Assembly: GCA_900617105.1 (NCBI GenBank)
Contig: UYFQ01000788.1
Location: 1-64,000 of the forward strand
Direction of reading: 5' to 3'
Source of the DNA: Hydrurus foetidus
Lineage: Eukaryota
DNA: 64,000 nt
Positions 1 through 12,995 of this stretch are shown here, one piece after another; positions within the stretch are counted from its first letter, which is position 1, and each line of letters begins with the position of its first letter. Below the pieces are notes generated by a model. That model made no database searches and was not told where the DNA came from. It saw nothing but the letters and a program-made list of their open reading frames with translations. The translations under genes were made by a program, and so were the position numbers.

Positions 1-334
1 GAGTCTTTAGCGAGATCTCGCTCCTCTGCGACGTCTCTACTCTTATTTATGACGTCAGTTGAGACGATACTTCTCCTCCCCTTTTTTTTCTTTGGTGGAG
101 GTCCGTTCTGGATTTCATCGAGCGTCCTGAAGAAGAACTCCAGATCAGTGGAAGGTTTTGTAGTACTGGCAAGGAGAGAATGGCCAACCTTTTCAGTAGT
201 CGGCGGTCGATTCCCGCTTCTTTGGCAGCCTTGTTGATAGTGCACTGGTTGGTGGTCACTTTTGCAACGGCCTCAGTGAGTTTTGCAGCTGGCGATGTAT
301 CAAGCTGGCGCTTGGATCTTAAGCCCACTACCAT
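1..334 (-). CDS. 5' part of a psq-type HTH protein, probably a pogo/Tigger-like transposase N-terminus, running off the window edge
   Basis: ATG at 334 and a GT-AG intron at 188-127 give MVVGLRSK...KLTEAVAKVTTNQCTINKAAKEAGIDRRLLKR/TLDEIQNGPPPKKKKGRRSIVSTDVINKSRD, i.e. an HTH_psq-like helix pattern followed by a KGR motif. No DDE domain or TIR is visible in the window. Confidence 0.45.
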
Positions 335-706
335 ATCATCCTCAAAGTTTGAGAGTACTTGGTTTAAAACCGAGTGAGATAATTGGCATTGAGGAGGTTG
401 CAAGGTCACCAGGTCTGCACATAAGTTGGGAAAGTGTTGTACACCCATTTTGAACGTGTACAGCATTATGAACGTTACTTGAAATATAGCCGTTGCTTTC
501 ACAAAAAGTGGCGTTTTGAAAATGTTCATTCTTTTCACTTCGTTCAGATATTTCATGCGGCCAGGAGATCCACAGGAGAGAGGATTTAACGCCAGTCATA
601 CTACTGTTTCAAAGTCATCTCTATATCCACATCGGCAATTTTGGTAATCCTGTCTGCATTGCGTTTCCTTGGAAATTAAAACCTCTTGAAAGTTGCAATC
701 CTCGAA

Positions 707-1495
707 ATGATCAACGCAATGAAGCTGCTCCTTGTCTGTTCACTATTACTTCGGATCTCAAGCTTCCAGTCATCCGAAGCCCCTTCTTGCAGGACTTCAA
801 GAGCAACTTACCCATCTAGTAATGCAGTCGACGAAGATCAAGCTGACGATCCTTTTGAGCCCCTCCAAATTCCTTGTGAGATTAACGGTTACATCATCCC
901 AGCAATAGTGGATACTGGAGCTCAAATATCAGTAATGTCTGAATCCTGTGCCCGGAGATGCAGAGTTTCAAATATGATTGACAGCAGATTTTGTGGTAAG
1001 GCTGTAGGCATGGGTACAAGCGATATTCTTGGAAGAATAAGTGAGTTACCGATGCGAGTCGGGCCAATTTCTTACCACAACAGAGTATCGATCCTGAGAG
1101 AATCACGCGTTGACTTGATTCTTGGCTTAGACTTTCTAAGACGCTTTAAAAGTGACATAAATCTTGAAGATGGGATACTCAAAATGAAAGTTCGTGGGAA
1201 GGTTATCCGAATTGCTTTCATGGACAATTACGAGAGACCGTTGAGAAATTTTGGCGAAAATACTGATCAATGCGAAGATAATGTGACCTTGGAGGATGAA
1301 GGTAGTTCCAGCGATGATGAATCAATGTTTGGACGGGATCAAGACGAGAGTCGTAGCATACGAGAGAAAATGCCAATGCGTGGAGGGTATTCTGATCGTT
1401 CAACTCCTCATAGCTCGCGTAATGATGCTAGTTACAATGAGGATAGTGATGAAGAGGTTCAAAGATACAAGGGCATATCTATGGAAGGGGTGTAG
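707..1495 (+). CDS. Ddi1-like retroviral-type aspartyl protease with N-terminal signal peptide and acidic tail
   Basis: Intronless ORF. IPCEINGYIIPAIVDTGAQISVMSESCARRC...IDSRFCGKAVGMGTSDILGRI...DLILGLDFLRRF matches the Ddi1 RVP domain. Hydrophobic N-terminus MKLLLVCSLLLRISS-F (alternative ATG at 719). Confidence 0.85.
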   Translation: MINAMKLLLVCSLLLRISSFQSSEAPSCRTSRATYPSSNAVDEDQADDPFEPLQIPCEINGYIIPAIVDTGAQISVMSESCARRCRVSNMIDSRFCGKAVGMGTSDILGRISELPMRVGPISYHNRVSILRESRVDLILGLDFLRRFKSDINLEDGILKMKVRGKVIRIAFMDNYERPLRNFGENTDQCEDNVTLEDEGSSSDDESMFGRDQDESRSIREKMPMRGGYSDRSTPHSSRNDASYNEDSDEEVQRYKGISMEGV

Positions 1496-2057
1496 ACCAG
1501 TCGACTTACAAACGATTTGCCTTTTTATATATGTCCATTTGAACTATTTGCTTAAATTGTGATGTCCTCAAAAATAGATCACTAGCTTATAATGTGCATA
1601 CTGTGAATATTCCAAGTTTAAATCAAGCTGGAAAAGTTCTTGAATATGTGTACTTCGATTTAATTCATGATGCCAACATGTTCAGATGTTGAAAATGTTA
1701 CATCCAGTCTTTTGAGTAACATGATAATTATGTCGACCCACATAGAGCATTGATGTAAATAAAAATGTGTTCGAAGTACCATATTCGAGGATGACTTTTT
1801 TTGAAGCACGAGAGTGTTCGATGGTTGAATCGAAGACTGTTGAGGGAAAAAATGGCCATGTAGATTTGCACTCTGTCAACTGCTGTACTGGAATTGGTCA
1901 GCGAGATGCCCGGTTGTAATAAATCGAAGCTGTCAGTAAAATTTGATTCAATTTAGTCTCATTTGTCATCGAGTCAAGCAATTGAATCATGTCAAATGGG
2001 ATTTTACAAATCAATATGAACTGTCAGAAAAACAAGTGCATGCATATACATCTTTCC

Positions 2058-3693
2058 TCATGTACTTTTCTCTTTTGTTCCCTTATCTTTTTTCGATCCG
2101 AAAATGGAACTGAATGTTTTATTCATACGTGAGATAAATTTGATCAGTTTTTTATCAGTCAGCCCAAATCCAAACTCAACAGGAGTTCTTTTTGGATGAT
2201 TAAAAGTTGGCACCCCTTTCACGAACAATTTAACAGCCTCATAGTGTATCAATAATTGGATAACTCTTGTGTAACAGGGATAAAAAAGAAGAACGTAAAG
2301 AAGATTTAAAGGTGTGAATTGAATTTTTCTCAATTCAAAACTGACTGTAAACCAGACTTCATCGGTGCTTAGTTTTGTCATACTTGATTGAACCCAGACA
2401 GTGTCCTTCGGCTCCGAAAATGTGAAATTATATCTGACAGCAAATGATTCAGTGTTATCGTGAATATCGTAATTGTTACATTGTCAGGATAAGATATTTC
2501 TGCAGCGATTTTATCTGATATATTTTACCTGTAGTCCATCTCCATGAATGGAGAGACATGAAATTCTTTCAACCAAGAAGCTTTAAATGAATGCGACTCT
2601 CCTCTCAACTCAACGTCACGAGTAATGTTAACCTTCACATCCGATGAATGAGAAGAAGAACGAAGCAGAATGAATGTTAGGATATAATGCAAGAAAGAAA
2701 AGTACAGTAAATGTGAGGATATTGATTTCAGCAGTAGAGAATCAGTTTTATGACAGCATTTTCTTGCCGTTTGATATTGAAGAATGGCTTACATTGGGAA
2801 CCGATTCATCGAGCATGTAGCTGTGCTGCTCTATCCACGGAGTGTTCGACACCTCAACAATAATGCTCTCAATCATCGATTTCCTCTTATCTCCCGCAAT
2901 ATCTGCAGGTACATTCGCACTGTCTGTCTTAGGAATTTCATTTTGAGCAGTCGAGGCTGTATCTCCGGATACGCTGTTACTTACATCAGTTGATGTACTG
3001 ATGCTGACGGGTTTAGACGCTTTGTTCTCACGACCGAGACAGTAGAACACACTGATCGGATTGAAACAGTATCCAAAATATGTTAAGTGAGCCAATAGTC
3101 TGACAGAGCCTTCTGGTGAAAGTTTTTTCGTTCCCTTTGTTCTGTTCTCAATGAAAGAATGTACACTCTGCAGCAAAGTTGATGGATTTGATTTCAATGG
3201 TGACAGCTTGGGATCCTTCTCCTGTCGAGAATACTCCTGTTCTTTCACCCAATCCTGCAGATGATCTTTCTCATCCAAACTGCAAAATGTATAGCCGCCT
3301 CCATTCATTTTGAAAATTGGCCATAGAGACCATCCCGTCCTCGCTATTTGCTCCAAATCGATAAACGAAAAAAATAATGGATACACAAAATGATGAGTAG
3401 CTCCACCTGCGAAGAGATGAAGAAATCAATCAATACAGTCAGGACGAATATTTGAATGTTCTAACAGAGTTAGATTGTGCTCAGTTACACAACTTGTGAG
3501 TGTACACCAGATTGAATGTAGTTTTGGTACCTTTTAGCCTTGTATGGCTCACTTTTCCGACGTACAAGCAGCATTGATCAAGCTCTTTCGATCCGTTTGT
3601 GAGGTAGAAACGTAATACAATAGCAGAGCAAACAGATCCAATGAAGAGCAGAAAGTACAGCACGAACAAGCCAATCGAGTGAAGATACGACAT
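2058..3693 (-). CDS. DUF1365 family protein (4 exons: ~3693-3531, 3406-2793, 2632-2530, 2433-2058)
   Basis: Motifs LYVGKVSHTR, HHFVYPLF, YFGYCFNPISVFYC, EVSNTPWIEQHSY, KEFHVSPFMEMD and YEAVKLFVKGVP joined by GT-AG introns. N-terminal hydrophobic anchor. Confidence 0.85.
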
Positions 3694-4614
3694 CGTGAGC
3701 AGTTTTAAAGAATTAAGTCAACTACAAGCATTTTCTGGCTTGTGATAGAGATGGTGAGGGCATTTGTAGAAGAGAGGCAGAGATGGGGCCTGCAGAGGCG
3801 TTGTGAATCAGACATGCTGTCTAATGGCTATCATCGATGTCGGTAATCGGAAGTCGTAGAACTCGACAGGCCAAGAAGATGCTGGCCGGAACAAAGAAGC
3901 CGTTCTGGATTCGGTAAACGGTAAACGGGAGAAGTTCTCGTTTGTTACTTCGTTGTGTATACCGTATCATGTCCAAGGAGGTGCATTTTGACACGGATAA
4001 ACTCCTAGGCAATGTTCATTGAACCAAAATTTTATCATGGATGAAAGCGATCAGATGTTACGCAGTCCGGATAGTTTACTCGTAGGCCTTATCTGATCAC
4101 AGTTATATTCAAGATAATCGGAAAAGTAAACAATTTTTTTTGATATGATGGTGAAGAAACAAAATGGTATGAAAAGTATGAAACAAAATAATCAGATTCG
4201 CAAATCTTGACTGAATCAAATGTGAGAAGGAATATAAACCTTTCCAGGTCAAAATCTGACGACATATCCTGGATGTGAGACAACAACTTGAACCTCTCCT
4301 GCAACAATGTGGCTTATCCATGGGAATATAGAGCCGACGGAAGCTACGAAGTGTCAACTCGCATGTTGAGGCCGAGGCTAGGAATTTGAAATTTGAAATT
4401 TGAAATTTTAACCTAACTTCTGGTTTTCATATCGAAGGTTATAGTAGCGCATTCAATTGACCCAGTTACAGTTCAGGAGTTTGAGTTTGGAGCACACGTT
4501 GTGCTTCGAGATTCAGATTCTACCGTTGGCCTCTCTTCTCACCAGTAAATTTCAAAGCAGCTTCGACTGCAAATCTCGAAGCCGCTTGATAGGGCGTCTG
4601 CATATTGCAGGGCA

Positions 4615-7164
4615 ATGAGTCACGCGAATGACTTTACCTCGCATTTCGCAGCCTCGACAGTGGCCGCAGTCATCAATTTTCCTCTCTGGCGTGCAAGCGC
4701 TATAGCTCAATCAGGATTTAAATTGGAGGGCAAGAATTTCCTCGCCCGCTACTACCAAGCTGCCGTAAAGCCTCCATTCAAAGGACTCTCAGCAACTATC
4801 GCTGGGATGGCTTGGGCAAGAGGAGCAATTTTCTGTAAGATCTGAATTAGCCACCGTGTGTCAGTAGCCTATCAGTTTAGGGTACCACTGTGAATTCACT
4901 GTATGCGACAGCTCCTCAATTTAGAAAAGCTCTATCACCATAAGAGGATCATGCCGTTTTACGTTGACGCCAGTTTTAACATGTGTCCATCGTCATGAAT
5001 CCAATTGCTTGTTAAAGATGGTTCTGAGCACGGAAAAGTAGCGCTGATGCAGCTAGGCTTCTATGGTCCTCTCGCTCAGATGCTACCGCCATTAGTTATT
5101 GGAACCCTTGTGCAGTGCATTAACATGCCTCTAGTTCGCGCTACGATAACAATTCAAAATCCGACATGCGAGCTGAAGACAGTGGGAGGAGCTCTGCACC
5201 ACATATACACAACGAGAGGAATTGAAGGTACGCTTCACTGGGCAAATCGCTTTTTGACATTCTTGTTACTCGAGTGCAGTGAGCTGACTATTACTGAAAA
5301 ATGTCTGCCCTGAATAACACGATTTGCGACAGTGCAGGCCGACCTCTAAAATGCATCCACTGATAGATCTCAAAAAATCAAACAGTTATACAGTCTTTCT
5401 AATCAACTCTACCCACTTCTGCCCTTATTTAATGATTAATATTCATCACCTATGAGTAGCGTTTTCTATTCAATAACTAATATTTATCACGAATGATTAC
5501 TGTAGGATTGTGGCACGGCGTATCTGCTGGAATATTGAAAACTGTTCCGAAATACGTAACGGCTATTGTGGTCAAAGATTTTATGGAAGATAATCTGCCG
5601 CATGGCGATTCATTAGACAAAGTGAGTTGAGAATAGATTTGGTGGTCGACACTCTTTGTTGCATTCGCGGATTTTTAGATGACTTCTCTGTACGATTGTG
5701 TTGCAGATTGAATGATTTTTGTTTTTGTTTTTTGATATCATCGCTGACTGACATGCTGATTTTAATACTCCTCCTCTATAATCTATCAAATTCGACTAAT
5801 CAAATTTATTGTAAAAAGGTAAATGGCCTCTCCTCTCCTCCGTAAAGCAGTGCATTATCAATGACACGAATATCATTTATCAGTGAATAAAAGCATTAAA
5901 ATCGAAGAATTCTTCACATCAACTTTACATGTTACTTAAACCCCTCCAAATAATTTATCAACATTCATCACAATCTATTATCGCCAAAATCTTTTCCTTC
6001 CCTTCCCTTCACCACAGTACTCTATACAACCAATTTCTTCAACGCACAGAACACACTGTATTGTCACCATACATCGCCATTGATCTCCACCACTACTACC
6101 CCATTTCTTTTGATTCCTTTCCTTTCCTCCACTATTCAGGACATTCTTCGGCCGTAACAATTTGAGTGTAACACTGCACACTATTTTATCACAACAAACA
6201 GAGCTCGTGTTGTTACCCACTGTCATCCATTATCACCACTTCCCCTCCCCTTCCTACCTAACACTAGCACCACATCCAATTTCTCCACACACTCAGAACA
6301 CTCAGTTAGCGCGATCTGCTGTGAAATCTGTGGCTGCTGGAATAGCCGGTGCCGTACTCACGAACCCTCTAGACGTCATTAGAAACGAGTACGTTACGTC
6401 CGTACAGTATATTGTCTTGATGATGTGTATCTGTACTATCGTGATGAAGATTCTGTTTATTTCTTCTTACTGCTATTATGATATTGCATTGAACGTTATT
6501 TGCATATTAAGAATATATTATTATTATATATTTGAACGTACAGTACATCATAGTAACAATTTATATCTGTGGCGCATAGTAGGAAACGTTGTGCAATTAC
6601 GCCAATCCTAAGTGCATCTAGAATTCAATTATTCAAACTAACTTCAACACGTATGCGTATTATTCGCAGAATGTTCAAAACTGATCTACCGCTGGTGGAG
6701 ACTTTCCGAAACGTTTTGAAGCAAGAGGGATGGTCCTTTGCCAGCAGGTAGAATTGAAAATTCTTTATCTCCGTCATTGATACTTTATTTATTTTTCTCA
6801 TAATGGATTTCAAATTTTTGTGTGTGAGTATAGTAAGTGATGTCATAAAAAAGTACCCAGAATGTTTGGGAAACTATCACAACACTCAATGATTGTTTAT
6901 TCATCTCGACATTTTATTTGTTTATTTATCCGGGTTCTTTACATCGTAACTTTTCTCGCATCTTTCGCGTCTCTTTTTCAGTTTCAAATGATCAATGCCA
7001 CGTGTTGTCAAGTGAACTACGAACTCTCTTCTTGTTTAGTTATTTCGATTTGTTCTCATGAATCGACTTATTTAATTTGTAGGGGGTTAGCAAGCAATGT
7101 CACTGCAGTGGCCATTCCTATCGCAATCACGATATTCCTTACAGACGTATTTAAGTCTGTTTAG
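4615..7164 (+). CDS. Mitochondrial carrier (SLC25/MCF) family protein, 6 exons (~4615-4834, 5018-5227, 5507-5621, 6297-6388, 6670-6747, 7083-7164)
   Basis: Three carrier repeats: NFPLWRAS...PFKG, NMPLVRAT...GIEGLWHG, TNPLDVIRNEMFK...EGWSFASRG. Confidence 0.8.
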
Positions 7165-8276
7165 CTGACAATTAGATGCAAATACTATAGAATAGACAAT
7201 ATATCAAACTACTAATATATTGTTCTTGCACAATTTTGATTTTTTTGATTTTCGGGTAAGTGAGATTCTTGATTTTTATTTTTGTTTTTGACGATTATTT
7301 ATTCTTCAATTTTATGAAGAGATGTATGCATTGTTCTTACTGTGAATAATAGCAACTCTTATAATCGTTCGGAGTATAAATGAGTTGCACTCTTTTCGTA
7401 AGAAATTGCTTATGAGGTGGGGGGCGTCACAATGCCGAAAAACTCATTCATCATTACTTATTACACACTATTGAAATATTGTAACGGGCGGTGAAAAGTT
7501 TTTTCAATTCACGCGTAATGTGGTATCTCAAGTGCAGGAGTAATGTTTTCGAAAATTTTGATGTATAAAATGATATTTCTTGCCGCATGAGGTAGGAGAC
7601 TAAGTGACGCATACTTTTTCTTCCGTTCTCTGTTGTTCGAATTATGCGATTCTTGGATCGCGTGACGTATGCATCACACGCATCGGGCCGCAGGACTTGT
7701 TGATTTATCGACCGAATACATTTAATGCACCACTTGTTCGCGAGGAAGCAACTCCTACATGAGATATCATTCTTACGAATTTATTTCGGTGACACTAGTA
7801 GCTAGTTGAAGAAGCGCTCTTAAAATTGAAACTGAAGAACATTCCTAGGAGGACATCGGATAGATGGACTTGCTACTTGACGCGTTTCTTCCTAACGTAA
7901 TCTCATGTTCCGTTCAAATAACAATATTAAAATTGAACAATCTCCTCCCGAACGCAATGCCCATCTGCTGCCACAAAACAATTTTACTTCTCAAGTGCGA
8001 GCTGCTTCTCTCTCATGAAGAGTAGATACATGCAAGAGGCATTTCGGTATTTCGACATCTGATACCGCTGAATTTGAAATATCATTTTCACAAGAACAAA
8101 ACTCGAATTGAACAAGCGAATATTTACATTCATAAAAATATAAACAGTTGACAAATCCTCATGAAACTTTCAGATAGGATCAAAACATGTAAAAGTGCAG
8201 TCCTATTGACAAGAGAAACAAATGTGTTCTATGTGATCCAGATATGTTTTATATGCGGACCTGAGATACCCTGCAT

Positions 8277-8591
8277 CTAAACTAAACTCATGTTATGAGC
8301 GCTGACATCGACACATTTCTTCCCACACATTGAGCATATTCCTTTTTTATGAGCACAGTCATTACAGAAGTTCATGTTCATGAGCACTTTCGATTTGCAA
8401 ATACGACACATTCTTTCGTTAGGAATCCATTGCGCCGATACTTTGTTTAGCTGCAGAGCCTTGTTTGTTTTCCCCGCCTTGACACATCCTCCTTTTCCGG
8501 AGCTGCTTCCCACACAATTCCTAGCTCCTTCCTTCCATTTGTCAGGAACTGCTATCTTTGTGACTTTCGTTTGGCAAGAATCGCATACCAT
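8277..8591 (-). CDS. CRIPT: Cysteine-rich PDZ-binding protein CRIPT
   Basis: MVCDSCQTKVTKIAVPDKWKEGARN...CRICKSKV...FCNDCAHKKGICSMCGKK matches CRIPT. Real start is ATG 8591 rather than the upstream GTG. Confidence 0.93.
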   Translation of the reverse strand: MVCDSCQTKVTKIAVPDKWKEGARNCVGSSSGKGGCVKAGKTNKALQLNKVSAQWIPNERMCRICKSKVLMNMNFCNDCAHKKGICSMCGKKCVDVSAHNMSLV

Positions 8592-9219
8592 CGCTCGACC
8601 TCTACCGCTCCTTAAATGCAGTTGTCGATGACGATTACCGCGCACTTAGTAGGAAGAGATCAGGTGATGTTTCGGTTATAGCAACGGCTGGTGATGTTTT
8701 GGTTACAGCAACAGTTGCGAACTAAATCTTTTCGCACAGATTTTGCCAAACCGCCAAATATTTTCTCAATCCGGAGCAGCTTAAAAATGGCAGCTAGAAC
8801 TCCTCAAGCACCGCAACGTCAGTATAGAACAAAGATGTGAGATGTGAGGCTGCCCAACGGCACCTTGTCCTTGGCATCTCAAATCTCACGGAGTACGAAG
8901 TATGAAGTGTGACCACTTTTTCACATTTTGCTTCGAGACGGAACTATCCGGATTATAAAACCAATAATATGACGTACGTGCGTTTGTGTCGCTCACATTG
9001 AAGGGGTATCGTAGCGGTGACTTCGAAACCCAAGAACGTAACACCTCTGCTTTACTTGAGGATGGGCTACCGTACGTAGTCTAACTGTTTCCCAGCAGAG
9101 AGCCTCTACGTGCTTCAGAGGGACCATTCTGGCAAGAATTATACTCCTCTTCAGAATCGAAAGAGCGATCCAAACAAATTTTGCTATCAAAATAAGTTCT
9201 GTAACGATTCTCAAATAAA

Positions 9220-11310
9220 ATGAAAAATGACCGTGTCTTCTTGGTCGCCTCTATCATTGCATTATGCTTATCTATGGTCGACACTTCTCTAACAAGCGGT
9301 GGTTCGGATAGAGCTGTCCTAATAGCCTCATTGCCGACGAAGGCAGTCACAGCAGGCTCATCCTGCTCGGTCAAATCGAGCAAAAAGAAAACTTCAACAT
9401 CACCCTTCAAGCAAGTGAGAAACATAAGAGCGACATTTTTCACCGATCTCAATCTTCATAACAAGGAAGCATTTGATCTTCTAAATCAACTGTGGCATTC
9501 GAAATCAGGATGGCAGTATGTGAACACCAAAGATGGTACGCTCTAACATATCAGATATTTCACTGGCTTGAAGATGATGTGAACTGCTCTAGCAGTGACA
9601 TTTCATTTATGCAAGACAACACATAGGATTTTCTGCACATGAACCGCTTTGCTTCTGTCAGTTGCCTCAACTCAAATTTTGCATTATTTGCAAGGTGTAT
9701 CTGTTGAAAGAAGGAACCTTCCAGCCGGAACTTTCGTTGATGCGACTGACGCTGCGAAAGGCAGCAAGCATGCATGTGTTAGATCTTCAGGTCAATACAC
9801 TATTTCTCTCGATTTGTCGTGCTACTGCCGTCCATAATGTGTCATTTTCCACACTTCTTTTCACCACTCATAACAACTTTTAGTAGAACGAAATACTGGA
9901 GATGAAATAATTGAAGTTAAACTGAACAGCACGATGTTCTATCCCATATCCCAACTAATTATCCTAATGTTATCCGACTGAGAGACTTTGTAATAGCGGA
10001 TGTTTTCTTGCTGACAGCTTTCATTAACATGAATGATGTGACTTTTTATTCTCTTAGGAATGATAAAGGCGACTCCTCAATCCGTCATAGATTTATTTCT
10101 CGATAATTCTAGAGTATCAGAATTCAACGAACATGTCATAGAGGTGAGTGAATATTCGCTGAAAAAGTAAACACTACCTACTCTCTTCATTATTCTGTTA
10201 TCGAATTGTAAGAACTACATCAGAAAAGGTTTCAGTTTCTTTTCTACAAGTATTTCGGTTGATGAAATCGTACTTGAAAATTAGTATGATCGTAACCCAA
10301 CACTCATTCCGCCATTTACTGCCTCTTCAATGTGGACCAGGTGAAGGATATTCAGTGTCTGTCTAGAAAGAAGGGAGATGACAGTTGGACAAAATTGAGC
10401 TGGGCAGCAGGTGAGGGAACTTAATGAGAAGGAATAACTCATTATACTACAAAACAAACTGTGTGTGAAATAGCCAATGCTATGATAATGACATTGTTGT
10501 TGTTGTTGTTATTATTAATATTGTAATGATGATTTCGAATTATCATCATAATGATGATATCATATTAATATTATCATTATCATAATTGCTCGAGCATTTG
10601 ATTTCATTGTCAGTACATATCATCTTTTAGAGTACTTTCTATTGATAAATTTTCATCAAAAATTCGCAGAATTTCATATTCTTAACATTATCTAAAGATA
10701 TCTCTTTAAACATTAATTGGATTTCTCACTACATCACTACAAAAAATCTTATCAAACTCTATTTTTTCAACACATAAATTATTCATATTTTCTAGGTCCT
10801 AAATATGGCCCCTTTAAAGCGAGAGATTTCGCGTCAGTAGTAAACTATAAAAAATTCCAAAACGGAACATTTATGATAATAAATCGGCCTGCCTATCATC
10901 CAGAATATCCACCCACTAGTAAGTACGTACGTGCAACAACTCTATTAGTCGGTAATATAATTGAGCCGGTGAATGTGGGGGGTAACCAATTACACACACG
11001 ACTAACACAAGTTGCGCATGTCAACCCTGGAGGGGCAGCAGACACGTCAGCTGCGGCGTATTTAATCAACAAGCTATGCGCTGTTGGCCCGCCTTCATTT
11101 ATTCGAAAACTAGAGGCTGCCGCAGTCAAAAGCGACAATATGAAAAACGATAAAAACGGCAGAAAAGATAAGAATTTTCAAATTTCATCTTTGAAAAATG
11201 ATATGAATAATTTGAAGAGTCAGTGGAGTCAGCTAGATGGCAAAATAACCGCGAAAAAGAAATCGCTCATTGTCGCTTTTACGAACTCAAGGAATAATCT
11301 TTTCAAGTAG
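9220..11310 (+). CDS. START (lipid-binding) domain protein with signal peptide, ~5 exons (9220-9534, 9696-9790, 10058-10143, 10341-10410, 10796-11310)
   Basis: GWQYVNTKDGVSVERR, ACVRSSGMIKATP, PFKARDFASV, YVRATTL, LTQVAHVNPGG. Hydrophobic N-terminus. Confidence 0.8.
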
Positions 11311-11758
11311 AATCGAAAGGTGCACTTTTTGGGTGTGCCTAGTAAATGTCTTATGGTGAAAATGAAACGCAACAGTAAGAAATGCCTTGGTGAGACGCTT
11401 AGTTATATCTCCTCATCTTTCTCGGAGTACTGTCATATATTAGAATTGCACGTTTGTTTCACGCGCTCTTCAATTAAAATTGCTTTTGTTTTATTTATTT
11501 CAATGTCAAGTTCCGGAAGTGCATATCTGTACTTTTGTTTTTCTTTCGTTTTGTAGCTGTTGTAAATACCGAAAAATGAAAAACTTAAAAAAGACGGATT
11601 TGACGCACCGCTTCAATGATGTTTCGGTTGCTACAATATCCTAAATTGCTCGCACTTCTCAAAAAAGATGAAGACTGAACTGTGTTTCTTATATCATAAT
11701 AAAAGAAGATGACGATTTTACGAAATGTTTTTAATTTATCATGTCTAAAACGAATATC

Positions 11759-12995
11759 TTAAGCGGAGATCTTGGCATCGACAGATACTTCAACACTCAT
11801 TGGGACGGACTGAGAAGCTGACTGACTGGCGGACTTCACTTGTCTGCCGATTGAGTTGGCTACGGCGGCTACGGCCAGGTTCATCTACGCGTATAGAATG
11901 GAATGTGAAGGTGTGAGAGGAGTGAATACATGTATGTACGACTCGTTGCGAAGACATTGCGAAGACTATGAATACATGGAGTACGCTATTAGAACATTAA
12001 TTAGGCTACGTATAGCCTTAAATATAGGCAGGAGTTTAAGTGGTGCATTGCATGCATTAAATGGTTCATTAGATGTTCTAGAAAGTTCATAGATTTACCT
12101 GCTGGCTGTTTGGGAGTTTGTTGACCATGGATCCGATTCCGACTCCTCTAGCTCCAGCGGCGATGGCGAGGGGGGCGGTGACGTCGTTCAATCCGGATGC
12201 GCACATCACGGGAATGGATACAGCGCGAGAAATGGCGAATGCTATGGAGAAGGTTATGCATAAGAATGTGAGGGTGATTTTAAATGATGTGGTGGGATAC
12301 AGGGGCAAGTACTGCGTGGTAAGTGTGATTTGAGCGAGCGCGTTTGGTTTATACATGCGTTTGAATTGGTTGGTAGCGGGATTGTAAGTTGTTGTTTAGA
12401 TGTCACCTGCTGCAAGGGTAGGGGCGGCTTTCTCAATCATCTCCTGAACACCCATGCTTGAGGGGTTAGCACCCATCTTTCCCTCCGTCTGGATAATATC
12501 AGCTCCGCACTCCTCTAATCTAATGGCCAAAGCAACTTGCTCACTGAGTGAAAGTGTGTGGGGAACTGTGACAGAAAGAGGAATGTTGGGCAAGAGGCTG
12601 CGGGTCTCAATAGTCATCGCAATGACGTCCTCAGCTGTGAATTTTAGCCCTTGCTCGTAAAATCCATCGAAATTTCCAATTTCAATCATGTCGGCGCCGG
12701 CGGCGACGGCAGCAACGAAATCGATAGGTTTGATAGAAGATACGCAGATAGGCATTTCCGATGAAATCGATTTGGCGAGGCGTACGAGAGAAGGATCGCA
12801 AGCAAGGTCAACATGTGATGCGCCTCCCGAGCAAGCGGCACTAACGACATTCTTCACAATACTTGCGTCGAAGTTGTTCAATCCAGCAATAACCTTGAAA
12901 GCGTTTCCTTCAGAGAACGGCTTCAATACTGCTGATCTCGAAAGAGCAGAGGCAACTGCCAGGATTGCAAGGAAAGTGGCTGCTGAGTGGATCAT
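11759..12995 (-). CDS. ycf23: Ycf23/DUF561 family protein, nucleus-encoded with presequence (exons ~12995-12407, 12241-12099, 11884-11759)
   Basis: KVIAGLNNFD...GGASHVDLACDP...EIGNFDGFY...LSVTVPHTL...ADIIQTEG...IEKAAPTLAAA...PVMCASGL...GVGIGS. Signal peptide MIHSAATFLAILAVASA. Confidence 0.9.

Noticed and set aside
7200..8270. 1-kb gap between convergent genes, checked for tRNA/snRNA
   Set aside because: No cloverleaf, Sm site context or recognisable ORF.
9081..9452. Antisense ORFs overlapping real genes (also 12688-13041, 23848-24177, 24609-24986, 50203-50723, 55396-55728)
   Set aside because: Shadow frames of well-supported opposite-strand CDSs, with no motifs.
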